A stretch of DNA of 25,230 bases, from NCBI GenBank assembly GCA_030604795.1, contig JAUVVE010000001.1:1-25230 (forward strand), given 5' to 3'. Shown here in pieces: positions 10,269-19,106 of the stretch; the first letter of the stretch is position 1, and each line of letters opens with the position of its first letter. The position numbers and the translations under genes are program-made. The notes under the pieces were generated by a model, which saw only the letters and a list, made by a program, of their open reading frames with translations, had not been told where the DNA came from and made no database searches. The stretch is from Dehalococcoidia bacterium. Lineage in GTDB: Bacteria > Chloroflexota > Dehalococcoidia > GIF9 > UBA5629.

Positions 10269-10580
10269 CTAATCAATAACTTCGTAGCAAGAACGGCAAA
10301 TCCGCGCCTTTCTGCCGTCATCAAGAAAACGGAAGCCAACCCGGGCCGGTTTGTTGCACTTATTACAAACCAGCACCACATTTGACGCTTGAAGCGGCAC
10401 TTCCAGCTCAATTATGCCAGCCTGTCTGGCCTGACGGCGGGCTCGCGAATGACGTTTAGCCATGTTGATGCCATCGACCGTTACCTTGCCTTTCTTTGGG
10501 AAAACCTGACGCACCTTGCCTTTTTTTCCCCTGTCTTTGCCGGCAATAACAAGAACCGTGTCATTCTTTCTAATCTTCAT
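10269..10580 (-). CDS. rplX: 50S ribosomal protein uL24
   Basis: KIRKNDTVLVIAGKDRGKKGKV KOW motif; C-terminal CNKC...CRSC. Confidence 0.98.
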   Translation of the reverse strand: MKIRKNDTVLVIAGKDRGKKGKVRQVFPKKGKVTVDGINMAKRHSRARRQARQAGIIELEVPLQASNVVLVCNKCNKPARVGFRFLDDGRKARICRSCYEVID

Positions 10581-10581
10581 C

Positions 10582-10953
10582 TCAAAGAACCTCTGGAGCC
10601 AAAGACACGATCTTCATAAAATTCTTGTCCCTGAGTTCCCTGGCTACTGGACCAAATATGCGAGTGCCCTTGGGATTATTCTTATCGTCCAGGATCACCG
10701 CCGCATTCTCGTCAAACCTGACGTAGGAGCCGTCCGGACGATGATACTGTTTAGCTACGCGCACAACTACCGCCCGTACCACGTCACCCTTCTTCACCAC
10801 ACCACCACCAGGTATGGCCCGCTTTACTGAAGCCACAATAACATCGCCCACGGCAGCGTACCTCCTTCGAGTCCCACCTGGCACATTGATGCACATAATC
10901 TGCCGGGCTCCAGTGTTATCAGCTACTTTCAGTCTAGTCTGAGGTTGAATCAC
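10582..10953 (-). CDS. rplN: 50S ribosomal protein uL14
   Basis: [16 protein letters not shown]...FDENAAV...[13 protein letters not shown]...SLAPEVL. GTG start. Confidence 0.98.
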   Translation of the reverse strand: MIQPQTRLKVADNTGARQIMCINVPGGTRRRYAAVGDVIVASVKRAIPGGGVVKKGDVVRAVVVRVAKQYHRPDGSYVRFDENAAVILDDKNNPKGTRIFGPVARELRDKNFMKIVSLAPEVL

Positions 10954-11257
10954 TGTCTTCTACTTCGGGCCGAATCTGAGCAGGTTCGGCAACCTCCACC
11001 TCGGCGACTTCTTTCCTCCTTATTATCTCCACAACCCGCCAGCGTTTTTCCTTAGACAAAGGGCGAGTCTCAACGATCTTCACCGTATCACCAGCCTGGC
11101 AGGCATTAGCGTCATCATGGGCTTTGAACCTGGAAGTATGTCTGACGACCTTCTTATAGAGAGGATGGCGTCTCCTAGTTGTCACTAACACCACCACCGT
11201 CTTATCCATCTTGTCGCTTACTACCTTCCCAGTTCTGATTTTGCGCTTCTTCTCCAT
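10934..11257 (-). CDS. rpsQ: 30S ribosomal protein uS17 with acidic C-terminal tail
   Basis: [14 protein letters not shown]...HPLYKK...[13 protein letters not shown]. Confidence 0.98.
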   Translation of the reverse strand: MEKKRKIRTGKVVSDKMDKTVVVLVTTRRRHPLYKKVVRHTSRFKAHDDANACQAGDTVKIVETRPLSKEKRWRVVEIIRRKEVAEVEVAEPAQIRPEVEDSDSTSD

Positions 11258-11260
11258 AAC

Positions 11261-11458
11261 CTACCTTATGCCAAGCTCCCTTTCTCTTAGTACCGTCTTC
11301 AGTCGGGCAATCCTCTTCTTGACCTTCGGCAGCTCCCGGTGATTAGCCAACTGCCGTGTGGCTAGGCGAAACCGCAAATTAAACAGCTCCTGGTGAGCCG
11401 TCTCCAACCGCTTCGATACCTCCTCATCCCTAAGAGACCGAATCTCGTCGATTCTCAA
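11261..11458 (-). CDS. rpmC: 50S ribosomal protein uL29
   Basis: [15 protein letters not shown]...[16 protein letters not shown] start. Confidence 0.97.
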   Translation of the reverse strand: MRIDEIRSLRDEEVSKRLETAHQELFNLRFRLATRQLANHRELPKVKKRIARLKTVLRERELGIR

Positions 11459-11885
11459 CTCTCGCCTCTTCCTTGACCGTTTCTTTTGTCACAAACCTGG
11501 TGGCGATAGGTAACTTATAGGAAGCCAGATGCATCGCTTCCCGAGCCATACTCTCTTTTATGCCACTCACCTCAAAAAGCATTCTCCCCGGTCTCACTAC
11601 AGCTACCCAGTGGTCTGGAGCACCTTTGCCGCTGCCCATTCTCGTTTCCGCCGGTTTCTTAGTCACTGGCTTATCCGGGAAGACGCGAATCCACATTTGA
11701 CCCCCACGACGCAAATAACGAACTATGACTCGACGAGTAGCTTCAATCTGCCTAGCTGTTATCCAAGCCGCTTGGTAAGCTTGCAGCCCAAACTCACCAA
11801 AGGCAATGGTGTTCCCCGACTGCGCTTTTCCCCTCCGTTCCCCCCGGTGAGCTTTACGATACTTCACTCGCTTCGGCTGTAGCAA
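11430..11885 (-). CDS. rplP: 50S ribosomal protein uL16
   Basis: [11 protein letters not shown]...ITARQIEA.R...[12 protein letters not shown]...KLPI.T. TTG start. Confidence 0.98.
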   Translation of the reverse strand: MLQPKRVKYRKAHRGERRGKAQSGNTIAFGEFGLQAYQAAWITARQIEATRRVIVRYLRRGGQMWIRVFPDKPVTKKPAETRMGSGKGAPDHWVAVVRPGRMLFEVSGIKESMAREAMHLASYKLPIATRFVTKETVKEEARVENRRDSVS

Positions 11886-12525
11886 TTTCTCTCCTCACTT
11901 CAGGCACGATGTCACCTTTATAGACCCAGACTTTGACCCCAATATGACCCATTGCAGTATGAGCCTCAGCAAAGCCATAGTCGATATCAGCACAGAGTGT
12001 ATGCAAGGGCAAGCGCCCTTGAAGTGTAGTCTCACGGCGAGCGATTTCAATACCTCCCAGCCTCCCAGCACAACTGATCTTCACCCCTTTTGCACCAGCT
12101 TGCAACGTCCGAAAGGCAGTTTGTTTCATTGCCCGCCTAAAAGCCATCCGACGCTCAAGTTGGTCAGCCACATTCCGAGCCACCAGACAAGCCTCAAGCT
12201 CAGGCTGTTCAACCTCCCTGATAGACAGTCGCACTCTCTTGCCACAGATTGCTTCCAAATATGCCCTCAGTTCCTCGGCACGCTGTCCACCTCGCCCGAT
12301 GACGATCCCGGGGCGAGACGAATACACCGTTAACAATACCTCATTACCTTGGTGGTCAGTCTCCACCCTGGCAATACCACTGTCACGGCACTTCATCTCA
12401 ATAGCTCGACGCAACTTCAAATCTTCCTGCAATAGCTCGGCGTAATGCTTCTCATCATACCACTTGGCCTGCCAGCCTCGAATGATACCGATCCTAAAAC
12501 CGTAAGGGTGAACCTTATGTCCCAT
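11854..12525 (-). CDS. rpsC: 30S ribosomal protein uS3
   Basis: [13 protein letters not shown]...[10 protein letters not shown]...GRLGG.EIAR...[16 protein letters not shown]. Confidence 0.98.
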   Translation of the reverse strand: MGHKVHPYGFRIGIIRGWQAKWYDEKHYAELLQEDLKLRRAIEMKCRDSGIARVETDHQGNEVLLTVYSSRPGIVIGRGGQRAEELRAYLEAICGKRVRLSIREVEQPELEACLVARNVADQLERRMAFRRAMKQTAFRTLQAGAKGVKISCAGRLGGIEIARRETTLQGRLPLHTLCADIDYGFAEAHTAMGHIGVKVWVYKGDIVPEVRREIATAEASEVS

Positions 12526-12864
12526 CTATTCTGCCTCCCCAGAAACGAAGACGCTGATATGACTGGAACGCTTCAGGATAGGACTCACCCGCCCCCTTGC
12601 CTGAGGACGGAATCTTTTCAGGGTGCGCCCCTGATCAGCAGAGATATCCGCAATCCTAAGCTCAGAAGGTTCCATTTGAAAATTGTTTTCAGCATTAGCG
12701 GTCGCCGACTTGATTACCTTGGCCACAGCTCGAGCAGCCCGGGTCGTTGAGAATTGCAGAATAGTCAAAGCCTCATCAACTCTTTTGCCCCGTACCATGT
12801 CTGCGACTAGTTTGACCTTCCGAGCCGAAACACGAACGTCTTTAGCTATTGCTCCTACCTTCAT
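12526..12864 (-). CDS. rplV: 50S ribosomal protein uL22
   Basis: RVSARKVKLVADMVRGK...SATANAENN...LKRFRPQARGR. Confidence 0.98.
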   Translation of the reverse strand: MKVGAIAKDVRVSARKVKLVADMVRGKRVDEALTILQFSTTRAARAVAKVIKSATANAENNFQMEPSELRIADISADQGRTLKRFRPQARGRVSPILKRSSHISVFVSGEAE

Positions 12865-12874
12865 TCCCGTAAGA

Positions 12875-13168
12875 CTATCCCTTCTTCCTTGCCTGAACAG
12901 TCACTTGCGCCTTGCTGATGTGCCCCCGGAACATCCGAGTCATGGCGAACTCTCCCAGTTTGTGCCCCACCATATTCTCAGTAACAAAAATGGGGACATG
13001 TCGTCGACCGTCATGTACTCCAATGGTATGACCTATCATTTGGGGCATAACAGTAGAGGCGCGCGACCATGTTTTCAGCACTACCTTATCCCCAGAACGA
13101 TTAAGTGCCTCTATCCTGGCAAGTAGTTTGGCATCGCAATAGGGACCCTTTTTTGATGAACGCGACAT
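12875..13168 (-). CDS. rpsS: 30S ribosomal protein uS19
   Basis: [10 protein letters not shown]...[10 protein letters not shown]...HDGRRHVPI...MVGHKLGEF. Confidence 0.98.
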   Translation of the reverse strand: MSRSSKKGPYCDAKLLARIEALNRSGDKVVLKTWSRASTVMPQMIGHTIGVHDGRRHVPIFVTENMVGHKLGEFAMTRMFRGHISKAQVTVQARKKG

Positions 13169-13187
13169 CCTATTCCTGCCTCTTCAA

Positions 13188-14018
13188 TTACTTCTCCGCA
13201 TTTCGCCGCCTGACAATCAGTTTATTAGAAGCCTTATTACGGCGCGTCCTATAGCCCAAAGCTGGCTTGCCCCACGGCGTCTTTGGCGCCATTCCCCGAG
13301 GAGCCCTCCCCTCACCACCCCCATGGGGATGGTCTCGCGGCGTCATGGCCGAACCGCGAACCTGAGGACGCCGCCCCCGCAGCCTTCTGGCTCCAGCCTT
13401 GCCCAACTTCACGCCCTGATGTTCAACATTGCCTACCTGCCCCACGGTAGCCAGACAATCAGTCAGAAAACGCCGCACCTCCCCCGAAGGCAAGCGCACG
13501 AGTGAATACTTATGCTCTTTACCTAGAAGATGCGCCACCGTACCAGCGCTACGCACCACCTGCCCGCCCTTGCCTGGCTGCAACTCGATATTGTGAATCA
13601 AGGTGCCCTCTGGGATCAAACCCAGCGGCAGAGCATTGCCCGGCCTTATCTCAGCGCCCTCTCCTGCTCTTATGCTGTCGCCTACGCCAAGCCCAGCCGG
13701 GGCAAGAATGTAACGCTTTTCCCCGTCTGCATAATGGATGAGAGCAATGCGAGCCGAGCGAGACGGGTCATACTCAATAGCCGCCACCCTCCCAGGCACG
13801 CCAAGCTTATTCCTCTTGAAGTCGATTATGCGCAGCCTACGCTTGGCGCCACCGCCTCGATGCCGCACAGTTACCACGCCTCTGCTGTTGCGCCCTGCTT
13901 TCTTCTTGAATGGCTTGAGCAGAGACTTCTCAGGAACTGACTTGGTTATCTCGTCGAACGAGATACTAACCATGCCACGCTTGCCTGGTGATGTCGGACG
14001 ATAAGTTCTCAGTGCCAA
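13188..14018 (-). CDS. rplB: 50S ribosomal protein uL2
   Basis: [38 protein letters not shown] and TPWGKP motifs. TTG start with GGAGGT SD. Confidence 0.98.
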   Translation of the reverse strand: MALRTYRPTSPGKRGMVSISFDEITKSVPEKSLLKPFKKKAGRNSRGVVTVRHRGGGAKRRLRIIDFKRNKLGVPGRVAAIEYDPSRSARIALIHYADGEKRYILAPAGLGVGDSIRAGEGAEIRPGNALPLGLIPEGTLIHNIELQPGKGGQVVRSAGTVAHLLGKEHKYSLVRLPSGEVRRFLTDCLATVGQVGNVEHQGVKLGKAGARRLRGRRPQVRGSAMTPRDHPHGGGEGRAPRGMAPKTPWGKPALGYRTRRNKASNKLIVRRRNAEK

Positions 14019-14038
14019 AGCTTACCTCCGCCTAATTC

Positions 14039-14134
14039 CTACGGATGTCTCCTTTGCCAGCGATTCCTCTTAAGCATCTTGCGATGCTTATGCTTCGCCA
14101 TCTTCTTGTTCCGTTTCTTGATAACTGAGCCCAA
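14039..14134 (-). CDS. Small basic protein of bS22 / AURKAIP1-COX24 (mS38) family, probable 30S ribosomal protein bS22, 31 aa
   Basis: Not in ORF track. TTG start 6 nt after an AGAGGA SD, TAG stop at 14041-14039. Translation MGSVIKKRNKKMAKHKHRKMLKRNRWQRRHP matches, from recall, the actinobacterial bS22 pattern MGSVIKKRRKRMxKKKHRKLLxxTRxQRR. It neatly fills the 133-nt rplW-rplB gap. Confidence 0.88.
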   Translation of the reverse strand: MGSVIKKRNKKMAKHKHRKMLKRNRWQRRHP

Positions 14135-14151
14135 TTCTAGTCCTCTTCTCC

Positions 14152-14436
14152 TTAGACTCCTTCAAAGAACTCGATCTTCTGCCCTGCCTCCAACGTAACG
14201 ACCGCTTTCTTCCAAGAAGGAGTCATCACCCGCCCCCTGCCTATCCTCCTCATCTTTCCCGGAACAGTCATCACATTCACCTTAACCACTCCAACCTTAA
14301 ACGCGGCCTCGACCGCTTCCTTAATCTGCTGTTTAGCCGCCCCCTTTGCCACCTCAAACACATACCTATTCCGCTCTGAAAGCAGCGTGCTCTTTTCAGT
14401 GATCAAAGGACGCCGCAATACTTCGTAAAGATGCAT
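14152..14436 (-). CDS. rplW: 50S ribosomal protein uL23
   Basis: RRPLITEKS...YVFEV...KQQIKEAVE..F.V.V..VN...WKKAVVTL. Confidence 0.98.
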   Translation of the reverse strand: MHLYEVLRRPLITEKSTLLSERNRYVFEVAKGAAKQQIKEAVEAAFKVGVVKVNVMTVPGKMRRIGRGRVMTPSWKKAVVTLEAGQKIEFFEGV

Positions 14437-14462
14437 GTCAACGCATACCCCGTAATCCAGCT

Positions 14463-15119
14463 CTAAGTGCCGCTAGTCGCCACCGCCTGTGTTCGCTTTC
14501 CACCCCACAACTCCTCCGCCTTGCGCACTGCGTCTACGGTCATTATTAACGCTCTATAGGAGAGCAAATCGGCCACGTTGAGCAGGCGGGCCGGCATTGT
14601 CTTGACACCCGGCAAATTGCGCCCCGACTTAGTCACGTTGACCTCAGCTTCCAAAGTGGCAACAATAACTGAAGTACCCACCCCCAACGCCAACAAGATA
14701 TCCAAGAACTCCCTGGTTCTCGGCTCATCCAGACCGAGCTTGTCCACGACGCTTAATTCTCCACCGCTGGCTTTGCCAGACAGAACACATCTCAAAGCTA
14801 GACGTCGCATTTTCCTAGGCATAGCTTGCCGGTAAGTCCGGGGGTGCGGGCCGAAAGCCACTCCACCACCCCTAAGCAAAGGCGATTTCACATCACCACG
14901 GCGCGCCCGACCGGTACCCTTCTGCCTAAAAAGCTTCCTGCCACTCCCCTTAACCTCACCCCTTCTCTTAGTATCAGCAGCACCCAGACGACGGTTGGCT
15001 AGCTGCATTACTAGCGCCTGGTGCACCACAGCCTCATTAAAGGACACACCAAACACTTCGTCGCTTATTTCCGTCTGGCCGACTACGTCACCCTTCACAT
15101 TATGAACGTCAACTTGCAT
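14463..15119 (-). CDS. rplD: 50S ribosomal protein uL4
   Basis: TKRRGEVKGSGRKLFRQKGTGRARRG...GGGVAFGPHPR...PRKMRRLAL. Confidence 0.98.
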   Translation of the reverse strand: MQVDVHNVKGDVVGQTEISDEVFGVSFNEAVVHQALVMQLANRRLGAADTKRRGEVKGSGRKLFRQKGTGRARRGDVKSPLLRGGGVAFGPHPRTYRQAMPRKMRRLALRCVLSGKASGGELSVVDKLGLDEPRTREFLDILLALGVGTSVIVATLEAEVNVTKSGRNLPGVKTMPARLLNVADLLSYRALIMTVDAVRKAEELWGGKRTQAVATSGT

Positions 15120-15132
15120 TCTTGCTCAACTC

Positions 15133-15744
15133 TCACCGAGCCTTGTTGATAAGCAGCAGACCTTTGTTAGAACCCGGCACCGCCCCTTCAACCAGAAGTA
15201 AGTGACGCGACAGATCGACATCGATCACTCTAAGATTCCGCGCCGTCACTCGGGCGCTCCCCATATGCCCAGCCATACGCGTTCCCTTCCACACCCTGCC
15301 CGGGTCAGTACCAGCACCAATAGAACCGGGCGCCCGATGACGGTCAGATTGCCCATGAGTCTTTGGGCCACCAGCAAAATGGTGACGCTTGACTACACCA
15401 GCAAAACCTTTGCCTTTTGATATGCCGGTAACGTGGACCAAATCGCCGGACTCGAATATATCTACGTCGAATTTTTGTCCCACCTCGACCGACTCAACAT
15501 CCTCCGCAGCAACTTCACGCAGATGCCCAAGCTGACCCACGCCCTTAAGGTGGCCTCTTCGCGGAGAGTTAAGCCCTCGCGTCTCCCCAAAGCCGAGCTG
15601 CACAGCATTGTAGCCATCCTTGGCCTCGGTCTTCACCTGGGTAACAAAGCAGGGGCCAGCTTCAATGGCCGTTACCACAACCTCCCCACTGTCTCGGAAA
15701 AGCTGAGTCATGCCTATCTTTCTACCAATTATGCCTTGAACCAT
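15133..15744 (-). CDS. rplC: 50S ribosomal protein uL3
   Basis: GRKIGMTQ...DGYNAVQLGF...SKGKGFAGVVKRHHF...HRAPGSIG...MAGHMG...GAVPG. Confidence 0.98.
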   Translation of the reverse strand: MVQGIIGRKIGMTQLFRDSGEVVVTAIEAGPCFVTQVKTEAKDGYNAVQLGFGETRGLNSPRRGHLKGVGQLGHLREVAAEDVESVEVGQKFDVDIFESGDLVHVTGISKGKGFAGVVKRHHFAGGPKTHGQSDRHRAPGSIGAGTDPGRVWKGTRMAGHMGSARVTARNLRVIDVDLSRHLLLVEGAVPGSNKGLLLINKAR

Positions 15745-15753
15745 TGTTCCGGC

Positions 15754-16062
15754 CTACAACCTAATATCTATTTCCACCCCCGAAGGTAGCTGAAGCTGGC
15801 TCAACGCATCAATAGTCTTGGAGGTTGGCCCCACAATATCAATGAGGCGCTTGTGAGTACGAATCTCAAATTGCTCTCGCGAGTCCTTATCAATATGGGG
15901 AGAGCGAATCACACAGAACTTCTGGATGTGAGTGGGTAGGGGTACCGGACCAATGACCACAGCACCAGTCCGCTCGGCAGTCTCCACAATTTGCTCCACT
16001 GATTGGTCAACCAGCTTGTGGTCGTATCCCTTGACCTTAATTCGAACGTTCTGCTTCGGCAT
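15754..16062 (-). CDS. rpsJ: 30S ribosomal protein uS10
   Basis: GPVPLPT...[24 protein letters not shown]...LPSGVEI. Confidence 0.98.
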   Translation of the reverse strand: MPKQNVRIKVKGYDHKLVDQSVEQIVETAERTGAVVIGPVPLPTHIQKFCVIRSPHIDKDSREQFEIRTHKRLIDIVGPTSKTIDALSQLQLPSGVEIDIRL

Positions 16063-18141
16063 CTAAGTCCCTTTCACCCTACCTATGATTTGGTCCCTCT
16101 GGTTAGCGGGCACTTCTCTATAGCAGTCAAACTCCAAGGAATAGCTTGCCCTGCCTTGACTCAGTGACCTCAGGTCAGTGGCGTAACCAAAGGTCTCTGC
16201 TAGAGGAACAAGAGTGTAAACAACACAAATCTCGGCGTGGGTTTCGATTCCCTCAATATGTCCTCTTCTTGAATTCAAATCGCCGATCACATCACCCAGA
16301 AACTGGGCTGGCATAACCAGTTCCAGTTTCATAATTGGCTCGAGGAGGACAGGCTTAGCCCTGCTGACACCATCCTTCAGAGCTATTGAACCTGCCATTT
16401 TGAAAGCCAGTTCCGATGAATCAACTTCGTGGAAGCTGCCGTCATACAGAGTGGCCTTAATATCTACTAGCGGATAGCCAGCTAGCACACCACTTTCTAG
16501 AGCCTCTTTAACTCCCGCTTCCACTGCCCGAATATACTCCTTCGGTATAGCTCCGCCCCTAACCCGGTCAAGAAACCTGAAACCGCTTCTCCGTACTCCA
16601 GGTTCAAGTCTCAGCCACACATGCCCATACTGTCCTCGACCTCCAAACTGACGAATAAACCTGCCTTCGGCTTCTACCGCTACAGTTATGGTCTCCTTGT
16701 AAGCAACCTGTGGCTTACCAACCCTTACCGCCACATTGAACTCACGCAGCATCCGGTCTACCAGGACTTCCAGATGCAGCTCGCCCATCCCAGCAATAAG
16801 GGTTTGCCCAGTCTCCGCGTCGCTACGTACTCCAAAAGTAGGATCCTCCTCCGAAAGCTTATTGAGGACTTCACCAAGTCTATCTTGATCAGACTTGCTC
16901 TTGGGTTCAATGACCATCGAAATCACTGGCCCGGGGAAACGAATAGGCTCAAGAGCCATCGGCTGACTTGGTTCGCACAAAGTATCCCCGGTAAACGTAT
17001 TCCTCAGACCCAGAGTAGCCGCGATGCTACCTGTATCAACCTCGTCCAGCTCTTCACGATGATTGGCGTGCAGGAGAATCAATCTTCCAAGACGTTCTTT
17101 GTGTCCCTTGCTGGCGTTAAGGACTTGCGCCCCCACCTTGACCTTCCCTGAGTAAACCCGGAAATAGACCAACCTGCCCATAAAAGGGTCGGCAACTACC
17201 TTGAAAGCCAAAGCGGAAAATGGTGCATCGTCACTCGCCTGCCGGAGAACTTCCTCGCCAGTCTCAGGATTAATAGCATGAACGGGAGGCATATCCAGAG
17301 GAGAAGGGAGATATGCTATGACTCCATCAAGTAATGGCTGGATTCCCTTATTCCTCAAAGCACTGCCACAAAGGACAGGCACTATGCGACTGGCCATAGT
17401 CAACCTTCTTATGGCAGCTCTGACTTCATGGGTGGGAATGTCTCCACCTTCGACATAAAGCAACATCAATTGGTCATCGTTCTCGGCTAGCCTCTCAATC
17501 AATGACTGGCGGTGTTCATTTGCCTCATCTTTCTGTTCCTCCGGAACCGGCATCTCCACCGGCATAGCGCCAACATCATCAGAAAAGAGCCAAGCCTTGT
17601 TGTCAATCAGGTCTATGACACCCTGGAAGCGATTCTCCTTACCCCAGGGCAACTGTATTGGTATAGGTCTGGCCCGCAGACGCTCTTCAATCATCTCCAC
17701 GGTGCGATGGAAATCGGCCCCAACCCTATCCATCTTGTTGATGAAACAGATTCTCGGCACACCGTACCTATCTGCTTGCCGCCATACTGTTTCCGACTGA
17801 GCCTCTACACCGGCCACAGCATCAAGTACCACCACCCCCCCATCCAGAACTCGAAGACTGCGCTCCACCTCAGCAGTAAAGTCCACATGCCCCGGGGTAT
17901 CAATGATATTTATGCGATGCTCCCGCCAATGACAAGTGGTGGCTGCGGCGGTGATAGTAATGCCTCGCTCCCGCTCCTGCTGCATCCAATCCATCACTGC
18001 TGTCCCCTCATCCACTTCGCCAACCTTGTAGGTGCGACCTGTATAGAACAGGATTCTCTCAGTGGTAGTAGTCTTGCCCGCGTCAATATGAGCGATGATC
18101 CCTATGTTTCGCACCTTGTCCAGAGGAAAAGTTCTGGCCAT
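16063..18141 (-). CDS. fusA: Elongation factor G (692 aa from ATG 18141)
   Basis: [63 protein letters not shown] and LLEPIM motifs. An upstream in-frame ATG at 18207 would add 22 aa. Confidence 0.98.
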   Translation of the reverse strand: MARTFPLDKVRNIGIIAHIDAGKTTTTERILFYTGRTYKVGEVDEGTAVMDWMQQERERGITITAAATTCHWREHRINIIDTPGHVDFTAEVERSLRVLDGGVVVLDAVAGVEAQSETVWRQADRYGVPRICFINKMDRVGADFHRTVEMIEERLRARPIPIQLPWGKENRFQGVIDLIDNKAWLFSDDVGAMPVEMPVPEEQKDEANEHRQSLIERLAENDDQLMLLYVEGGDIPTHEVRAAIRRLTMASRIVPVLCGSALRNKGIQPLLDGVIAYLPSPLDMPPVHAINPETGEEVLRQASDDAPFSALAFKVVADPFMGRLVYFRVYSGKVKVGAQVLNASKGHKERLGRLILLHANHREELDEVDTGSIAATLGLRNTFTGDTLCEPSQPMALEPIRFPGPVISMVIEPKSKSDQDRLGEVLNKLSEEDPTFGVRSDAETGQTLIAGMGELHLEVLVDRMLREFNVAVRVGKPQVAYKETITVAVEAEGRFIRQFGGRGQYGHVWLRLEPGVRRSGFRFLDRVRGGAIPKEYIRAVEAGVKEALESGVLAGYPLVDIKATLYDGSFHEVDSSELAFKMAGSIALKDGVSRAKPVLLEPIMKLELVMPAQFLGDVIGDLNSRRGHIEGIETHAEICVVYTLVPLAETFGYATDLRSLSQGRASYSLEFDCYREVPANQRDQIIGRVKGT

Positions 18142-18200
18142 GACCTTGGTCCCTGTACCAACCGCTTTTTTCGGCCGTTGGGCCTTAATTACTGCTGTCG

Positions 18201-18671
18201 TTACCATCGATAATGAGCAAAAGCTTTGTTCGACTCAGCCATCCTATGTGTATCTTGCCGCCTCTTGATAGCTGCTCCCTGACCCTGGGCAGCATCGACA
18301 AGCTCAGCCGCCAGTTTCTCCGCCATAGATTTGCCGCCGCGAGCTCTAGCAGAGGTGAGAAGCCAACGCATGGCCAAGGACAACCCGCGTTCCGGTTGAA
18401 CCTCTATTGGCACCTGGTAGGTAGCACCACCAACACGCCGCGACTTGACCTGGAGTGCGGGAGTAGCATTCTTGATCGCTTGGCCCAGAATCTCCAAGGG
18501 CTCGGTCTTCAATTGCTGATTGACCAAATCCAAAGCATCGTAGACAATCCGCTCGGCTGTAGCTTTTTTCCCGTCCAACATCACTCTGTTGACAAACTTG
18601 GCCAGGATATGGCTTCCATACTTAGGATCAGGGGTTATTTGTCTCTTTTTTGGTTTAGCTCGCCTTGGCAT
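18201..18671 (-). CDS. rpsG: 30S ribosomal protein uS7
   Basis: MPRR...[13 protein letters not shown]...[15 protein letters not shown]. Confidence 0.98.
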   Translation of the reverse strand: MPRRAKPKKRQITPDPKYGSHILAKFVNRVMLDGKKATAERIVYDALDLVNQQLKTEPLEILGQAIKNATPALQVKSRRVGGATYQVPIEVQPERGLSLAMRWLLTSARARGGKSMAEKLAAELVDAAQGQGAAIKRRQDTHRMAESNKAFAHYRW

Positions 18672-19106
18672 TTAACCTTCCGAAATCCTGACTACTCTGC
18701 CTCGCTTAGCTCCATATTTGCTCCGCCCCTGCTGACGGTTTTCCACCCCGTCGGTATCCAAAGCACCCCGAATAATGTGGTAGCGAACCCCGGGCAGGTC
18801 TCTGACCCTACCGCCACGGATGAGAACCACAGAATGCTCCTGCAGATTATGCCCCTCCCCAGGTATATAGGCAGTCACTTCAATACCATTGGTTAGTCGC
18901 ACTCGGGCAACCTTGCGCAGGGCAGAATTAGGCTTCTTGGGAGTCGTGGTCTTGACCTGCACGCAAACGCCACGCTTCTGCGGCGAGCCCTTGCCTCGCC
19001 TGACCGTGTTCTTTAGGGCATTATACGTGATGCTCAGTGCTGGAGCTTTGGTTCGCTTGCCGAGCTTCCGCCGCCCCTTTCGTACCAGTTGGTTGACCGT
19101 CGGCAT
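18672..19106 (-). CDS. rpsL: 30S ribosomal protein uS12
   Basis: [37 protein letters not shown] and [13 protein letters not shown] motifs; extended loop before PQKRG. Confidence 0.99.
   Translation of the reverse strand: MPTVNQLVRKGRRKLGKRTKAPALSITYNALKNTVRRGKGSPQKRGVCVQVKTTTPKKPNSALRKVARVRLTNGIEVTAYIPGEGHNLQEHSVVLIRGGRVRDLPGVRYHIIRGALDTDGVENRQQGRSKYGAKRGRVVRISEG

Noticed and set aside
17512-18896. Long plus-strand ORFs (233 aa and 227 aa) and the many other antisense ORFs across the operon
   Set aside because: They lie entirely antisense to fusA, rpsG, rpsL or other conserved genes, show no recognisable motifs or SDs, and are expected shadow ORFs.
18990-19050. Insertion in uS12 ([17 protein letters not shown]) relative to E. 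coli
   Set aside because: A similar extended loop is well known in Firmicutes and Chloroflexota uS12; it is a lineage signature, not a novelty.
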